Part shown: in pieces, positions 1 through 10,622 of the stretch
Layout of the letters: each line of letters starts with the position of its first letter
How positions within the stretch are numbered: the first letter of the stretch is position 1
Origin: an uncultured delta proteobacterium
GTDB taxonomy: Bacteria; Myxococcota_A; UBA9160; SMWR01
Assembly (NCBI GenBank): GCA_963832165.1
Contig: CAWHTE010000011.1
Span: 704,001 to 768,000, forward strand
Length of the DNA: 64,000 bases
Reading direction: 5' to 3'
Translations under genes and position numbers: made by a program
The notes under the pieces: generated by a model
The model's input: only the letters and a program-made list of their open reading frames with translations
What the model was told of the DNA's origin: nothing
Databases searched by the model: none

Positions 1-1
1 T

Positions 2-811
2 GTGCAGGTTGTCGGGCCGGAACGGCGCCACCTCGACCGCGAGATTGTCCGCCGCGACGGCCGACCAACGCTGTCGATGCGCGATCGCTGCGAAGTCGCT
101 CGTGATGCCGGGGTTGAGCGGTGCGGCTCCACCCGGCGCCGGCTCCATCAGCTTGCGTCGCTGCTCGCGGTCGGCGTCGAGATACATCTCGGTCCAGCCG
201 GTGCGGAAGCAGACGACGTCCCCGGGCAGAATCTCCACGTTCTGGTGGCGCAGGCAGGCTCGGAACTGCGATTCGTCGATCGCGTGGTCGACCGGCAGCG
301 GATCGCTCGCACCACCCGCGAGCATGCGCGCGATATCGAGCAGCACGCCGCGCGCCGCGATGCCGCGCTGCGCGATCTTGTCGATTCCGCCGCGCCGGAC
401 GAAACCGCTCTCGTCGATGTCGTCGGGCCCGAAGCCGTTGTAGAAAGCGCCGTCCACACCGGGCTCTCGACATCCGGCGTGAACGAACGAATCCCACTGC
501 GAGGATCCCTGCGTGGCGAGCAGGATGTGATCGTCGTTGCAGATCATCCCCTCGAACTCCGCATTGTGCAGATGCGCGGTCTTCTGGAGTTCAGGGCGCA
601 GGATCGTGCGGTCGGTCGGAAGGTCGACGGGAAGATTGAGCGGGTAGTGGCTGCCCAGGATCACCTGCGCCGCGCCGCGACGGACAACATCGGGCGTCTG
701 ATAGTTCAGCGTGCCGAGCTCGTCCTCGTCGCCGAATACGCCCCAGTTCGAGAGCTTCGGGGAGCCGGGGCGAGGCGGCCTGAGCGAGAGCTGGGTGCGC
801 GGCGCGGCCAC
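2..811 (-). CDS. Cyclase family (kynurenine formamidase-like) metal-dependent hydrolase, runs off window edge
   Basis: Manual translation from GTG at 811 (overlaps ACAD stop, TAGTG): SNWGVFGDEDELGTLNY...NDDHILLATQGSSQWDSFVHAG, typical cyclase-family motifs. Absent from the ORF track because no stop lies in the window. Confidence 0.85.
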   Translation of the reverse strand, partial: MAAPRTQLSLRPPRPGSPKLSNWGVFGDEDELGTLNYQTPDVVRRGAAQVILGSHYPLNLPVDLPTDRTILRPELQKTAHLHNAEFEGMICNDDHILLATQGSSQWDSFVHAGCREPGVDGAFYNGFGPDDIDESGFVRRGGIDKIAQRGIAARGVLLDIARMLAGGASDPLPVDHAIDESQFRACLRHQNVEILPGDVVCFRTGWTEMYLDADREQRRKLMEPAPGGAAPLNPGITSDFAAIAHRQRWSAVAADNLAVEVAPFRPDNLH

Positions 812-1974
812 TAGCGCGGTCGACTCGAGGGCAGGTGTAGAGCGCGTCCCGCCACGATGTTACGTTGGATCTCGTTGGCTCCCCCGGCGATCGGGCAGAT
901 GATCTCCGCGCGCCAATTGAGCTCGAAGCGCCCCCGCATCTGGGCGCCGGGCTCCTCGCGCTTGAGCAGACCGACCGGTCCGAGCATGTCGATCACCTGG
1001 TCGGCCAGGCGCAACCGGGTCTCGGTCGCGGCCACCTTGAGCATCGTCGCCTCGATCGTGGGTACCTCGTCGCGATGGAGGATCTCGAGCGCGTTGAGCA
1101 GGTGGCAGCGGACGCCCTCGGCGCGCACGGCGGTGCGCGCGATCAGCCGGCGGACGTCCTTGTCGTTCCAGCGCGCCTCGTCGGCGCGAGCCCAGGCGAT
1201 CAGCTCGTCGGTGTCGCGCAACAGCCCCGAGTACCCGAGACCCTGGAGCCGTTCGTAGTCGAGCGCCTCGACGATGTAGCTCCAGCCGCGATCGATTTCA
1301 CCGACGACGCGCGAGGCGGGCACGCGCACTTCGTTGAAGTAGATCATGTTGGTCTGGTGATCCCCCATCGTGTCGATGCGCTGGATCTCCATCCCAGGCG
1401 AGCGATTGTCGACCAGCATCAGCGTGATGCCGTCGTGACGCTTGGAACCGGGCTTCGTGCGACACGCGAGCCAGATGTAGTCGGCGAAATGCGCGCCGCT
1501 GGTCCACATCTTCTGCCCGTTGAGCACGAACTCGTCGCCGTCGCGGTCGGCGCGGAGCTCGAGCCCGGCGAGGTCCGAGCCCGCCTGCGGCTCGCTGTAG
1601 CCCAGCGCGATGCTGATCTCCGCGCGGATGATCCGCGGAAGGAACTCCCGTTTGATCGCCTCCGAGCCGTTGCGGATCAGCGTGCGCCCGATCATGCCGA
1701 TCTCGATGCACAGCGACGGCATGCGCGCGTACTCGAGCTCCTCCTGGAGCACGACGGAGAACACCTCCGGCAGGGCGTGGCCGCCGTATTCGACGGGCCA
1801 GCTCAGGCCGAGCCACTCCTTCGCGGCGAGCTTCTTCAGAAACGCAGCCTTCTCGGGCGTGTCGGGCTGCGGAAAGGGTCCCTGGTCGGGGATCACGGGG
1901 TCGAATTCCGCTTCGAGGAACGCGCGGACTTCTTCGCGGAACGCCTCGGCGTCGGGAGAGAGGGTGTAGGTCAC
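811..1974 (-). CDS. Acyl-CoA dehydrogenase, catalytic-type subunit
   Basis: YSEPQAGSDLAGL, GQKMWTSGAHFAD, ALDYER, IAGGANEIQRNI motifs. Confidence 0.95.
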   Translation of the reverse strand: MTYTLSPDAEAFREEVRAFLEAEFDPVIPDQGPFPQPDTPEKAAFLKKLAAKEWLGLSWPVEYGGHALPEVFSVVLQEELEYARMPSLCIEIGMIGRTLIRNGSEAIKREFLPRIIRAEISIALGYSEPQAGSDLAGLELRADRDGDEFVLNGQKMWTSGAHFADYIWLACRTKPGSKRHDGITLMLVDNRSPGMEIQRIDTMGDHQTNMIYFNEVRVPASRVVGEIDRGWSYIVEALDYERLQGLGYSGLLRDTDELIAWARADEARWNDKDVRRLIARTAVRAEGVRCHLLNALEILHRDEVPTIEATMLKVAATETRLRLADQVIDMLGPVGLLKREEPGAQMRGRFELNWRAEIICPIAGGANEIQRNIVAGRALHLPSSRPR

Positions 1975-3113
1975 GGCAGCTCCAAACCTCGGGTCGCCAT
2001 CGCCTCCGCATAGCGATCCCGCAGAAGCGGCGCGGTCCGCAGCTCTTCGGCCACCACCTCGAGATGCCTATCCGTCCCACCCCACGATAGCTGTGCCGCC
2101 TTGGCGCGGCGGCTGAAGTGATGGACGTGCATCTCGGTGGAGAAGCCGAGCCCGCCCCACGCCTGGTGACATCGGCGCGCCACTTCGACGAAGCCGTCGG
2201 ATGCGCGCACGAACGACATCGCTGCCAACAGCCGCGCGTACGGCGCGCGCTCGTCGAGCGCGATCGCGGCGCGGCGCGCCATCGATTCGCTCTCCGTCGC
2301 CGCGATCGCGCAATCGGCGAGGCTGTGCTGGACGGCCTGGAAGCTGCCGATCGGGACGCCGAACTGATGGCGCTGGCTGACGTAGGCGACCGTATCTTCG
2401 AGCAGCCTGCGCGCGGCACCCGCGCACCAGGCCGCCTGCATCGCGGCGGTGCGCGTGAGCGCGAAGTCGACGGATTCCCACCCGACGTCGAGCCGCTGCG
2501 CTGGCGCGTCCTCGAACACGATCTCCGCCCAGTGCGCGCCGGCGATCGACCACTGAGGCCGCACCCGAACTCCCGCCGCTCCCGCATCGACGAGCGCCAC
2601 CACGGTGTCGCGATTGCGGTCGAGCGCGGTCACGACGAATCGATCGGCAACCGACGCGGCTTCGACGAATCCCTTGCGGCCGCTGAGGCACGACCCGTTC
2701 CACTGCACGGCGTCCGACTCCGCGGACCATCTGCCGAGCGGATCGGCGAAGGCGAGCACGGGACGCGCATCCCCGGCCACCAACTGCGTCAGCAGCTCGC
2801 GGCTGGTCGAAGACCCCTCGTGCTCGAGCAGCGCGCCGACCGCCACCCCGACGGGAAGAACCGGGGCAGGGCAGAGGACTCGGCCCAGCTCCTCGCACAG
2901 CATGGCAAGGTCGGCGAGGCTCGCACCGGCACCCCCGACCGTCTCGGGCGCAGCCACACCGAGCCAGCCCAGGTCGGCGATCTCGCGCCAGAGCCCTGTA
3001 TCGTGACGCCCGGGATGAGCCTCGGATTCGGACAGCGATTGCAACGGGGTCCGCTGTTGCAGGAAATCGCGGGCCGTCTTGGTCAGAATCTGCTGAAACT
3101 CGCTCAGGATCAC
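1971..3113 (-). CDS. Acyl-CoA dehydrogenase, partner-type subunit
   Basis: RHQFGVPIGSFQAVQHSLAD, HQAWGGLGFSTE; overlaps downstream ACAD start by 4 nt. Confidence 0.93.
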   Translation of the reverse strand: MILSEFQQILTKTARDFLQQRTPLQSLSESEAHPGRHDTGLWREIADLGWLGVAAPETVGGAGASLADLAMLCEELGRVLCPAPVLPVGVAVGALLEHEGSSTSRELLTQLVAGDARPVLAFADPLGRWSAESDAVQWNGSCLSGRKGFVEAASVADRFVVTALDRNRDTVVALVDAGAAGVRVRPQWSIAGAHWAEIVFEDAPAQRLDVGWESVDFALTRTAAMQAAWCAGAARRLLEDTVAYVSQRHQFGVPIGSFQAVQHSLADCAIAATESESMARRAAIALDERAPYARLLAAMSFVRASDGFVEVARRCHQAWGGLGFSTEMHVHHFSRRAKAAQLSWGGTDRHLEVVAEELRTAPLLRDRYAEAMATRGLELP

Positions 3114-3371
3114 GGGCGACGTCCCCCGGCTGCGGGCGCGAATATCGTAGTCTTCAGGCTCGGAATTGTCGATCGCCCGCGAAGCGCGTCGGACTTCGCG
3201 CTCGTTCCTGCGGTTCCCTTTGGCGGCCCGGCGTCACCGGACGTTCCGGGCCGTTGTGGACGGATCAGCCTGCATTGTCAGCTTCAGTTCGAAATCGATT
3301 CGAGGTCCGGCTTCGCTGGGAGCACGCGACTTTCAAAGGGAAATTGGTGGCAAAAGCGTTACAGAGAGTTA

Positions 3372-3407
3372 TTGAATCGTGATCTTTAGTGATGGTAGAG
3401 TACTAAA
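3372..3407 (+). promoter_or_regulatory. Putative promoter and inverted-repeat operator between divergent ACAD pairs
   Basis: TTGAAT (3372-3377), 18 nt, TGn-TAGAGT (3396-3401); TTTAGT-N11-ACTAAA (3385-3407) in an AT-rich patch. Confidence 0.4.
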
Positions 3408-3458
3408 ATATTCGGGTCGGATCGGGACCCGAACGGCGGACCGAAAGGTTGGAGAGCC

Positions 3459-4634
3459 GTGGATCTTCGATTCAGCGACGCCGAACGGGCTTTCCGCCGC
3501 GAGGTACGGGCCTGGTTCGAAGCCAACCTCGATCGCCCCTGGACCGCCGAGGTGCGCGACCCCGCGAACGACGCCGATCGCCTCGTCGAGATCCGGCGAA
3601 CCTTCCAGCGCAAGCTCTGCGATGCGGGCTATCTCGGTCTCGACTGGCCGCGACCCTTTGGAGGTCAGGGCCGATCGGTGGTGGATCGGGTCATCTTCCA
3701 GGAGGAGTTCGCGCGTGCCGACGCACCTCCCCTCCCGAACTTCATCGGCCTGCAGATCTTCGGTCCCGCGCTGATCCACCACGGCAACGATGCGCAGCGC
3801 GAGCGCTTCATTCCCCCGATGCTGCGCGCCGACGAGATCTGGTGTCAGGGGTTCAGCGAGCCCGGCGCGGGCAGCGACCTGGCCTCGCTCCGGTGCGCCG
3901 CGACGCCCGACGGTGATGACTATCGGATCACCGGCCAGAAGGTCTGGACCACGATGGGGCCGTGGGCGGACTGGACGTTCCTGCTCGCTCGCACCGATCC
4001 GAACGATCGCTATGGCGGCATCACGTTCTTTCTGCTGCCGCTCGATCAGCCCGGGGTCACGGTACGTCCGCTTCGCCAGCTCACCGGCGATGCCGAGTTC
4101 GGCGAGGTGTTCTTCGACGGAGCGCTCGCGCGGGGTGAACACATCGTGGGGCGCCCCGGCGAGGGGTGGAAGATCGCGAACACGGTGCTCACGTACGAGC
4201 GTGGGGTCTATGAGATCGAGGCGCCGACGCGCAACGACCGCCTGCTGGCCGACCTCGCGGCCGGACTGGGCGAGAGCGGCGCGCTCGCGCACACCGACGT
4301 CCGCCAGCGGCTCGCGCGGTTGGTCGTCGAGAACGAGGTCATCCGCGCCAGCGGCCTGCGCATCCTCGCCGGCCTCTCGCAGGGGGAGACGCCCGGCGAT
4401 GTGGCGTCGATCCAGAAGCTGAACTGGTCCGAGTACGCGCGCCGGCAGGGCGAGGCCGCGTTCGATCTGCTCGGCCCGCAGGCTCATCTCGCGACGCGAG
4501 CTCCCGGAGCGCGCGTCGCCGTCGACTGGGGCTACGAGCATTTGTTCTCGCTGTCGGGTCCGATCGCTGGCGGCTCGTCGGAGATCCAACGCAACATTCT
4601 CGCCAAGCGCGCGCTCGGGCTCCCCACGCGATAG
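3459..4634 (+). CDS. Acyl-CoA dehydrogenase, catalytic-type subunit
   Basis: WCQGFSEPGAGSDLASL, GQKVWTT, LTYERG, IAGGSSEIQRNI. Confidence 0.95.
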   Translation: MDLRFSDAERAFRREVRAWFEANLDRPWTAEVRDPANDADRLVEIRRTFQRKLCDAGYLGLDWPRPFGGQGRSVVDRVIFQEEFARADAPPLPNFIGLQIFGPALIHHGNDAQRERFIPPMLRADEIWCQGFSEPGAGSDLASLRCAATPDGDDYRITGQKVWTTMGPWADWTFLLARTDPNDRYGGITFFLLPLDQPGVTVRPLRQLTGDAEFGEVFFDGALARGEHIVGRPGEGWKIANTVLTYERGVYEIEAPTRNDRLLADLAAGLGESGALAHTDVRQRLARLVVENEVIRASGLRILAGLSQGETPGDVASIQKLNWSEYARRQGEAAFDLLGPQAHLATRAPGARVAVDWGYEHLFSLSGPIAGGSSEIQRNILAKRALGLPTR

Positions 4635-4648
4635 CTACGGAGGCAGAG

Positions 4649-5737
4649 GTGCGATTCCAGCTCGACAGCGAGCAGCTGCTCTTCCAGCGATCGGTGCGCG
4701 AGCTCCTCGCGAAGGAGGCCCCGCTCGAACAGTCGCGCGGCCTGATGGAGAGCCGGGGCAGCAGCCATTCGGCCGCGCTGTACAGCCAGCTCGGCGAGCT
4801 CGGATATCTCGGGATCGCCGTGCCCGAGGAGCAGGGAGGGGCGGGCGCCGGCAGCGTGGCGCTCGTCGCGGTGCTGGAAGAGATGGGACGAGTCGCACTG
4901 CCGGGACCGATCCTCGACCTGCTCGAAGCGATCGAGATCCTCCGAGCGCTTCCGTCGCAGGAGGCGCGAAGGTGGCGCGACCGCGCGATCGCGGGCGAGG
5001 CGCTCGTGTGTGTCGCGCGCCGCGAGCACGCTTGGTCCGGGGACGCTACCGCCGTCGCCACGCGCTTCGACCTCGCAACGCAACGCGTCCGCGGGCGCAA
5101 GCGCTTCGTCTCGTTCGGCGCGTTCGCCGATGCGCTGATCGCGACCACCGAGCGCGGGATCGCGATCGTGCCGCGACCCGATGCAGGCTGGAACGCCGCA
5201 GTGCTCGAGACGGTGGACCACGCCCAGCGGTTCGCCGACGTCGACTTGGACGCTCCTGCCGTGGAACTCGCTGCAGGAGAGCCCGCGCAACGCGCGCTGG
5301 ACGGCGGTGAGCGCCTCGCCGCACTGGGGTCTGCTGCGTTCATGCTCGGTATGATGGCGCGAGTCATCGAGCTCTCCACGGCCCATCTCAAGGAGCGAAC
5401 GGCCTTCGGCATGCCGCTCGGCAGCTTCCAGGCGCTGCAGCACCGAGCGGCCGACATGCTGCTTCTCGCCGAAAACACGCGAGCCGCCGTCTACCGCGCG
5501 GCGTGGAGCTGTGACCACGAACCCGAGGAATCGGCGCTCCAGGTGGCCGCCGCGAAGGCGTATGCGGCAGATGCGGCCCGCTTCGTGTGTCGCGAGGGCA
5601 TCCAGCTCTTCGGCGGCGTGGGATTCACCTGGGAATACGACCTCCACATTTACTACAAGCGGACCAAGACGCTGGAAGAGTTCTACGGGAGCACTCGCGA
5701 TCAGCTGGAACATGTGTTGCGCGCGAAGGGGCTCTAG
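4649..5737 (+). CDS. Acyl-CoA dehydrogenase, partner-type subunit
   Basis: RTAFGMPLGSFQALQHRAAD, IQLFGGVGFTWEYDLH. Confidence 0.95.
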   Translation: MRFQLDSEQLLFQRSVRELLAKEAPLEQSRGLMESRGSSHSAALYSQLGELGYLGIAVPEEQGGAGAGSVALVAVLEEMGRVALPGPILDLLEAIEILRALPSQEARRWRDRAIAGEALVCVARREHAWSGDATAVATRFDLATQRVRGRKRFVSFGAFADALIATTERGIAIVPRPDAGWNAAVLETVDHAQRFADVDLDAPAVELAAGEPAQRALDGGERLAALGSAAFMLGMMARVIELSTAHLKERTAFGMPLGSFQALQHRAADMLLLAENTRAAVYRAAWSCDHEPEESALQVAAAKAYAADAARFVCREGIQLFGGVGFTWEYDLHIYYKRTKTLEEFYGSTRDQLEHVLRAKGL

Positions 5738-8205
5738 TGGACGGGACGCGCCGATCGCGACCGACGCTGCGAACGTGCCGCGGTGCGGCGCGTATGGTGC
5801 CCGTGCTGGTGGCCTGGCTCGCGGTGCAGGCCGCCGCTCAGGAGCCGACCGACGCGAAGCCCGACGCTGACGAGGCACCCGCCGGGGGTGTCGAGGAAAT
5901 CGTCGTGCGGAGCACTGCCGGTGAAGAATTCGTCTTCGAGGACATGCCGAGCTCCACCACGAGCTTCGACATGGAGGATCTCCGGGCCCAGGGCACCTCC
6001 GACATCCGCGGTCTCGCCGCCTTCACCCCGAATCTCGAGATCAAATCCGTGTTCGCGGCGTCCAATCCGACGCTCTTCATTCGCGGAGTCGGTTTGAAGG
6101 ACTACTTCGCGAACTCTTCGAGCGCGGTCGCGGTCTACAACGACGATCTCTACATGAACTCGCCGACCGGCCAGCTCTTCCAGCTCTTCGACCTCGAAGC
6201 CGTCGAGGTGCTGCGCGGACCACAGGGTACCCTCTACGGGCGCAACGCGTCTGCCGGCGTGATCCGCGCGATCTCGCGCAAGCCCACGGGGCGCAACTAC
6301 AACGCGTTCGTGAGCGGATCGTACGGGTCATACGACCTGATCGAGCTCGAGTCGGCGCTCGAGGTGCCGATCGTCGAGGACACGCTCTCGTTCCGGGGCG
6401 CCTACCGACTCAACAAGCGCGACGGCATCACGAAGAACCGCTGCGCTCAGGGGTATTTCCGCTTCCAGCCGCCCTGCAGCGTGAGCGCGAACCGCCCTTT
6501 TCTCGGCGACGTGGAGGAGGACGTCAACGACGTCGACAACTGGGCCGCGCGCGGGATCTTCCGCTGGACGCCGACGCACGACCTCGACGTCCTGATGATC
6601 GCGGGAGGCGGACTCAACCGCAGCCTCGCGCGGCAGAACCAGAAGATCGGAACGGTCGAGGACGCCTTGGATCGAAAGGTGGCGGGCAATCCCGACAGCG
6701 TGCAGTACCGCGATCCGGACACGTGCACCCCGGGCAAGTGCATCCGCATCTTGCCTGGCTTCCGCACCACGCCCGGAGAGGCGAATCCGCTCGACGGTGA
6801 TCCCTACGAGGGTGACTACGACATCACTCCGGACGAGGACGTGGACGTCGTTCTGTCTACACTCACGGTGAAATACGAGCCCGGCGCCCTGGGCATCACG
6901 AGCGTCACCGGGTACGCGTCGAACGCCCGCGACTCGTTGAACAACTCCGATTCGAGTCCGCGCTTCCAGGTCGAGGCCGACTGGGAGAACGAGGCGTGGC
7001 AGTTCAGCGAAGACCTGCGGGCCACGTGGGACGTGAGCGACGAGCTGCTGCTGACTTCGGGCGCCTACTTTTTGACCGAGGATCTCGACGTCGATAATAC
7101 CTTCGAGTTTCCCAGCTTCTCGGACACCGGCCGCACGACCGTCGAGCAGATCATCGACCAGGAGACGCTCACGTGGTCCGTGTTCGGACACGGGGCGTGG
7201 GAAATCACCGAGGATCTGAGAGCCGAGGGTGGAATCCGCTACAACTGGGACGAGAAGGACTTCACGGCGGACTCGAACCGCCGGTTCGGAACGATCTTCT
7301 TCAAGGGACCGATCGAGTCCCAGGACGAGATCTCCAGCGCATCGTCGGGCGATCTCTCGCTCCACTACGACTTCTACCGGGACTTCTCCATCTACGCGAA
7401 GTACGGCCGCGGCTTCAAGGCGGGTCAGTTCAACGGCTCCGCGGGTCTCGGGAACTTCGAGATCCCCCTGGTCCAGTTCGTCGAGCCGGAGACGGTCAAC
7501 GCGTACGAGGTGGGTCTCAAGACCGATTTCCTGCGCCGGCGCGTCCGCTTCAGCGCAGCCATGTTCTTCTACCGCTACGAAGACCTCCAGGTCTTCGTGC
7601 TCGACAATTCGGTGGCGACGCTCCCGACGCCGAGGCTGGTGAATGCCAACGATGCGCAGGTCTGGGGCGCAGAGGCGGAGCTTCGAGTGCGGCCGTTCCA
7701 CTGGCTCGACATCTACACGAACCTCGGCTACCTCGAGAGCGAGTACCTCGATTTCCGCGATACGGTGAACACGGTCGTCACGATTCCCACGACCGAGCTG
7801 ATCAAGACAGTAGTCGACTACTCCGGCAACCGGCTGATCAATTCTCCGCAGCTCTCGGTCAGCGGCGCCATCACGATCGACATCCCGCTCGGAGGCTGGG
7901 GATCGCTCACCCCGCGCTTTGATTACAGCTTCAAATCGCGGGTGTACTTCGATCCCAACGAGGGTCGGGGGCAGTTCGGCTTCTTCCCGCGCGAGACCCT
8001 CTCCCAGGAACCGCTGCTACTGCTCAACGCGCGCCTCGCCTACCGCACGCCGGACCAAAAGATCGAGGTCGCGGGATTCGTGCGAAACCTCACAGACGAG
8101 GCGTACATCGTCGATGGGTTCGACCTCTCTGCGGGCTTCAACTCGTTGACGTTCGTGATCGGCGATCCGCGGATCATCGGGGTGAACATGAGCTACCGGT
8201 TCTGA
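5737..8205 (+). CDS. TonB-dependent receptor
   Basis: Signal-like N-terminus, TonB box EEIVV, plug motif VEVLRGPQGTLYGRNASAG, VRNLTDEAY, C-terminal SYRF; start GTG 5737 or ATG 5794. Confidence 0.93.
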   Translation: MDGTRRSRPTLRTCRGAARMVPVLVAWLAVQAAAQEPTDAKPDADEAPAGGVEEIVVRSTAGEEFVFEDMPSSTTSFDMEDLRAQGTSDIRGLAAFTPNLEIKSVFAASNPTLFIRGVGLKDYFANSSSAVAVYNDDLYMNSPTGQLFQLFDLEAVEVLRGPQGTLYGRNASAGVIRAISRKPTGRNYNAFVSGSYGSYDLIELESALEVPIVEDTLSFRGAYRLNKRDGITKNRCAQGYFRFQPPCSVSANRPFLGDVEEDVNDVDNWAARGIFRWTPTHDLDVLMIAGGGLNRSLARQNQKIGTVEDALDRKVAGNPDSVQYRDPDTCTPGKCIRILPGFRTTPGEANPLDGDPYEGDYDITPDEDVDVVLSTLTVKYEPGALGITSVTGYASNARDSLNNSDSSPRFQVEADWENEAWQFSEDLRATWDVSDELLLTSGAYFLTEDLDVDNTFEFPSFSDTGRTTVEQIIDQETLTWSVFGHGAWEITEDLRAEGGIRYNWDEKDFTADSNRRFGTIFFKGPIESQDEISSASSGDLSLHYDFYRDFSIYAKYGRGFKAGQFNGSAGLGNFEIPLVQFVEPETVNAYEVGLKTDFLRRRVRFSAAMFFYRYEDLQVFVLDNSVATLPTPRLVNANDAQVWGAEAELRVRPFHWLDIYTNLGYLESEYLDFRDTVNTVVTIPTTELIKTVVDYSGNRLINSPQLSVSGAITIDIPLGGWGSLTPRFDYSFKSRVYFDPNEGRGQFGFFPRETLSQEPLLLLNARLAYRTPDQKIEVAGFVRNLTDEAYIVDGFDLSAGFNSLTFVIGDPRIIGVNMSYRF

Positions 8206-8222
8206 GCGAGATCCGGGACGAG

Positions 8223-10622
8223 GTGTACGTGAACGGCCGAGCAGCGACGAGCAGACGGATCCTCCGCCGGGCCGGACTCGCGGCGGCCGTTTCGCTCACC
8301 GCCGCGCTCGCGTGCGGCGGCGACGACGTCCAGCGATTGCGAGATCTGCAGAGTCAGGGCAACTACGTGGAGACGCTGGCACCGCTGCGCGAGCAGCTCG
8401 CGCAGCAGCCGGCGGACCCGGACCTGAACCTCCTCTACGGGCGAGCGCTCCTGATGACGGGCCAGGCCGGCGGCGCGGTCTGGCCGCTCGGCCGCGCGAG
8501 CGAGGATCCGGCGTATGCGATCGAGGCAGGACTGCTGCTGGGTATGGCGTTGCTGCAGGGCGGGAGCGCCACGGACGCGATCGCCGCCGCCGACCGGGTC
8601 CTGAAGATCGATCCGGAGAACCTCGACGCGCTCCTATTGCACGCGCGCGCGCGCGTGGACGCCGTCCACAACGACCAGGCGATCGAGGAGATCGACGCGC
8701 TGATCGAGCGCAATCCCGACGACCCGCAACTGCGCGCGCTCCGCATCATTCCGCTGATCCGGACGCGCCGCCTCGACGAGGCGGGCCAGGCACTGGCCGA
8801 TCTGCGCAAGATGCTGGGTGACACCGACCTCCGCGACCCGATCACCGAGGCGTACTTCTGTGCCGCGGAGGCGACTTTCGTCCACGAGCGCGGCGATCTC
8901 GACGAGGCCGCCGCGCAATGGAAGAAGTGCGTCGAACAGCACGATGGCGACGCTACCGTGACACGCGGTGCGATCAAGTTCTACCATGAGACCGGCAAGA
9001 AAGACGATGCGCGCGCACTGCTGGAGAAAGGCCTGCAGCACAATCCGCGCGACATCGAGTTGCGTCTGGCGCTGGCAGAGATGCTGCGATCCGGGGGCGA
9101 CGCCAAGGCGGCCGACGAGCTCATGGAGGCCGCGGCGCGCGAGTTCCCGTCGGTCGACCAATGGAGCGCACTGGCCGACTACCACGTAGCGGGCGGCGAC
9201 TATCGACGTGCGCGCACGGCGATCGAGCGCGCGATCGAGATGATGCCGAGCGTGCCCGAGGAGCTTCGTTTCGCCTACGCCGACATCCTCGTCTCCGCGG
9301 GAGATCCCGACGAGGCCGAGAAGGTCGCCCAGAGCCTCGAGGTTCCCGTGAGACGCGATCTCCTGCGCGGCAGGGTCCAGCTCGCACGAGGGGACGCGGC
9401 GGGTGCGTTCGGGAGCTTCGAGAAAGGTCTGACGTTGTGGCCCAACAACGCCGCGGCCCGTTATTGGGCGGCGCAGGCAGCGGTTGCGCTCGGCCGGTTC
9501 GTCGACGCGGTCTCGCAGTACCGCGAGGCGATCCGGGCGAATCCGACCGGCACCGATGCGGCGATCGAGCTCGCGGAGCTGCAGGAAGCGCTGGGGTCGC
9601 CCGAGCTCGGAATCGAGCCGCTGCGGCTCTACCTCGCAGAGCGGCCAAACGACGTCGAGGCCTGGCGGCTTTCCACGCGGCTGCTGTTCGAGAGCGGCGA
9701 CACGTTCACGGGCCGGCGCTCGCTCGCACGGCTGCGATCGATCGATCCGCGCGCGGCGGCGGCGACGGCAGCCGGGATCCGACGCCGGTCGTCGGGAGCG
9801 CAGGCGGCCGCCGAATCTCTCGAAGCGAGCGACCTCGACCTCACCGCGCCCGAGAACGCCGAGCTGCTCCGCGCGCTCGTCGAGGCTCGGATCGAGACCG
9901 GTGCGCCCGCGCGCGCGATCGAGCGCGTCGACGCGGCGATCGCGGTGCACGGGGAGGTCCCCGAGTTCCACGCGCTGCGTGGACGGGTCCTCTCGGCGCT
10001 CGGTGATGCAGTGCAGGCGCGGGCGGCGTTCGAGCGCGCGCTCTCACTCGACGCTCGCCACGTCGCCTCGCTCGTAGGCCTGGGTCGGCTCGCGGAGCGC
10101 AGCGGCGACGCGGCGGCGGCACTTCAATGGTACGACCGTGCGCGCGCGGCCGATCCCGTGGTGGCGGAGCCCGCATTGGCAGCCGCCGAGCTCGTCGCGG
10201 CTCGCGGCGAGCGCGCCGTCGCGATCGAACGCTTCGAGGGTGTGTTGCGCGTGGAGCCGCTCCACGCGGGCGCTGCGGGCCGCCTCGCCGAGCTGCTCGA
10301 GCAGTCGGGCGATCTCGACCGCGCACGCGACTTGGCGCAACGTGCGGTGGCGCTCCAGGGCGGAAGCGAGGTACGCGAGCAGCTCGGACGCCTGCAAGTC
10401 GCGAAGGGCGATGTGCAGTCGGCCGTGGCGATCCTCCGCCAGGCGGTCGACCGGGATCCGGAGCGCGCGTCGCTCCATTACTGGCTCGGACGCGCGTTGA
10501 GCCTCGCCGGCGACGATGCGGCGGCGCGCGTCGCATATGGCGAGGCACTCGCACGCGGCGACTCCAAGGAGGACGAGCGTGTGCGGGCCGAGCTGGCTGG
10601 TCTGGGCGAGGACGCTCGGTGA
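8223..10622 (+). CDS. TPR-repeat lipoprotein
   Basis: Lipobox-like ALAC-GG after a hydrophobic stretch; many TPR-like repeats. Confidence 0.85.
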   Translation: MYVNGRAATSRRILRRAGLAAAVSLTAALACGGDDVQRLRDLQSQGNYVETLAPLREQLAQQPADPDLNLLYGRALLMTGQAGGAVWPLGRASEDPAYAIEAGLLLGMALLQGGSATDAIAAADRVLKIDPENLDALLLHARARVDAVHNDQAIEEIDALIERNPDDPQLRALRIIPLIRTRRLDEAGQALADLRKMLGDTDLRDPITEAYFCAAEATFVHERGDLDEAAAQWKKCVEQHDGDATVTRGAIKFYHETGKKDDARALLEKGLQHNPRDIELRLALAEMLRSGGDAKAADELMEAAAREFPSVDQWSALADYHVAGGDYRRARTAIERAIEMMPSVPEELRFAYADILVSAGDPDEAEKVAQSLEVPVRRDLLRGRVQLARGDAAGAFGSFEKGLTLWPNNAAARYWAAQAAVALGRFVDAVSQYREAIRANPTGTDAAIELAELQEALGSPELGIEPLRLYLAERPNDVEAWRLSTRLLFESGDTFTGRRSLARLRSIDPRAAAATAAGIRRRSSGAQAAAESLEASDLDLTAPENAELLRALVEARIETGAPARAIERVDAAIAVHGEVPEFHALRGRVLSALGDAVQARAAFERALSLDARHVASLVGLGRLAERSGDAAAALQWYDRARAADPVVAEPALAAAELVAARGERAVAIERFEGVLRVEPLHAGAAGRLAELLEQSGDLDRARDLAQRAVALQGGSEVREQLGRLQVAKGDVQSAVAILRQAVDRDPERASLHYWLGRALSLAGDDAAARVAYGEALARGDSKEDERVRAELAGLGEDAR

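Noticed and set aside
2..814. Long Arg/Ala/Pro-rich alternative-frame and antisense ORFs here and across the window (e.g. 21229-23652, 44849-47311, 58364-60784)
   Set aside because: Shadow ORFs of high-GC genes; the opposite or alternate frame carries the family motifs
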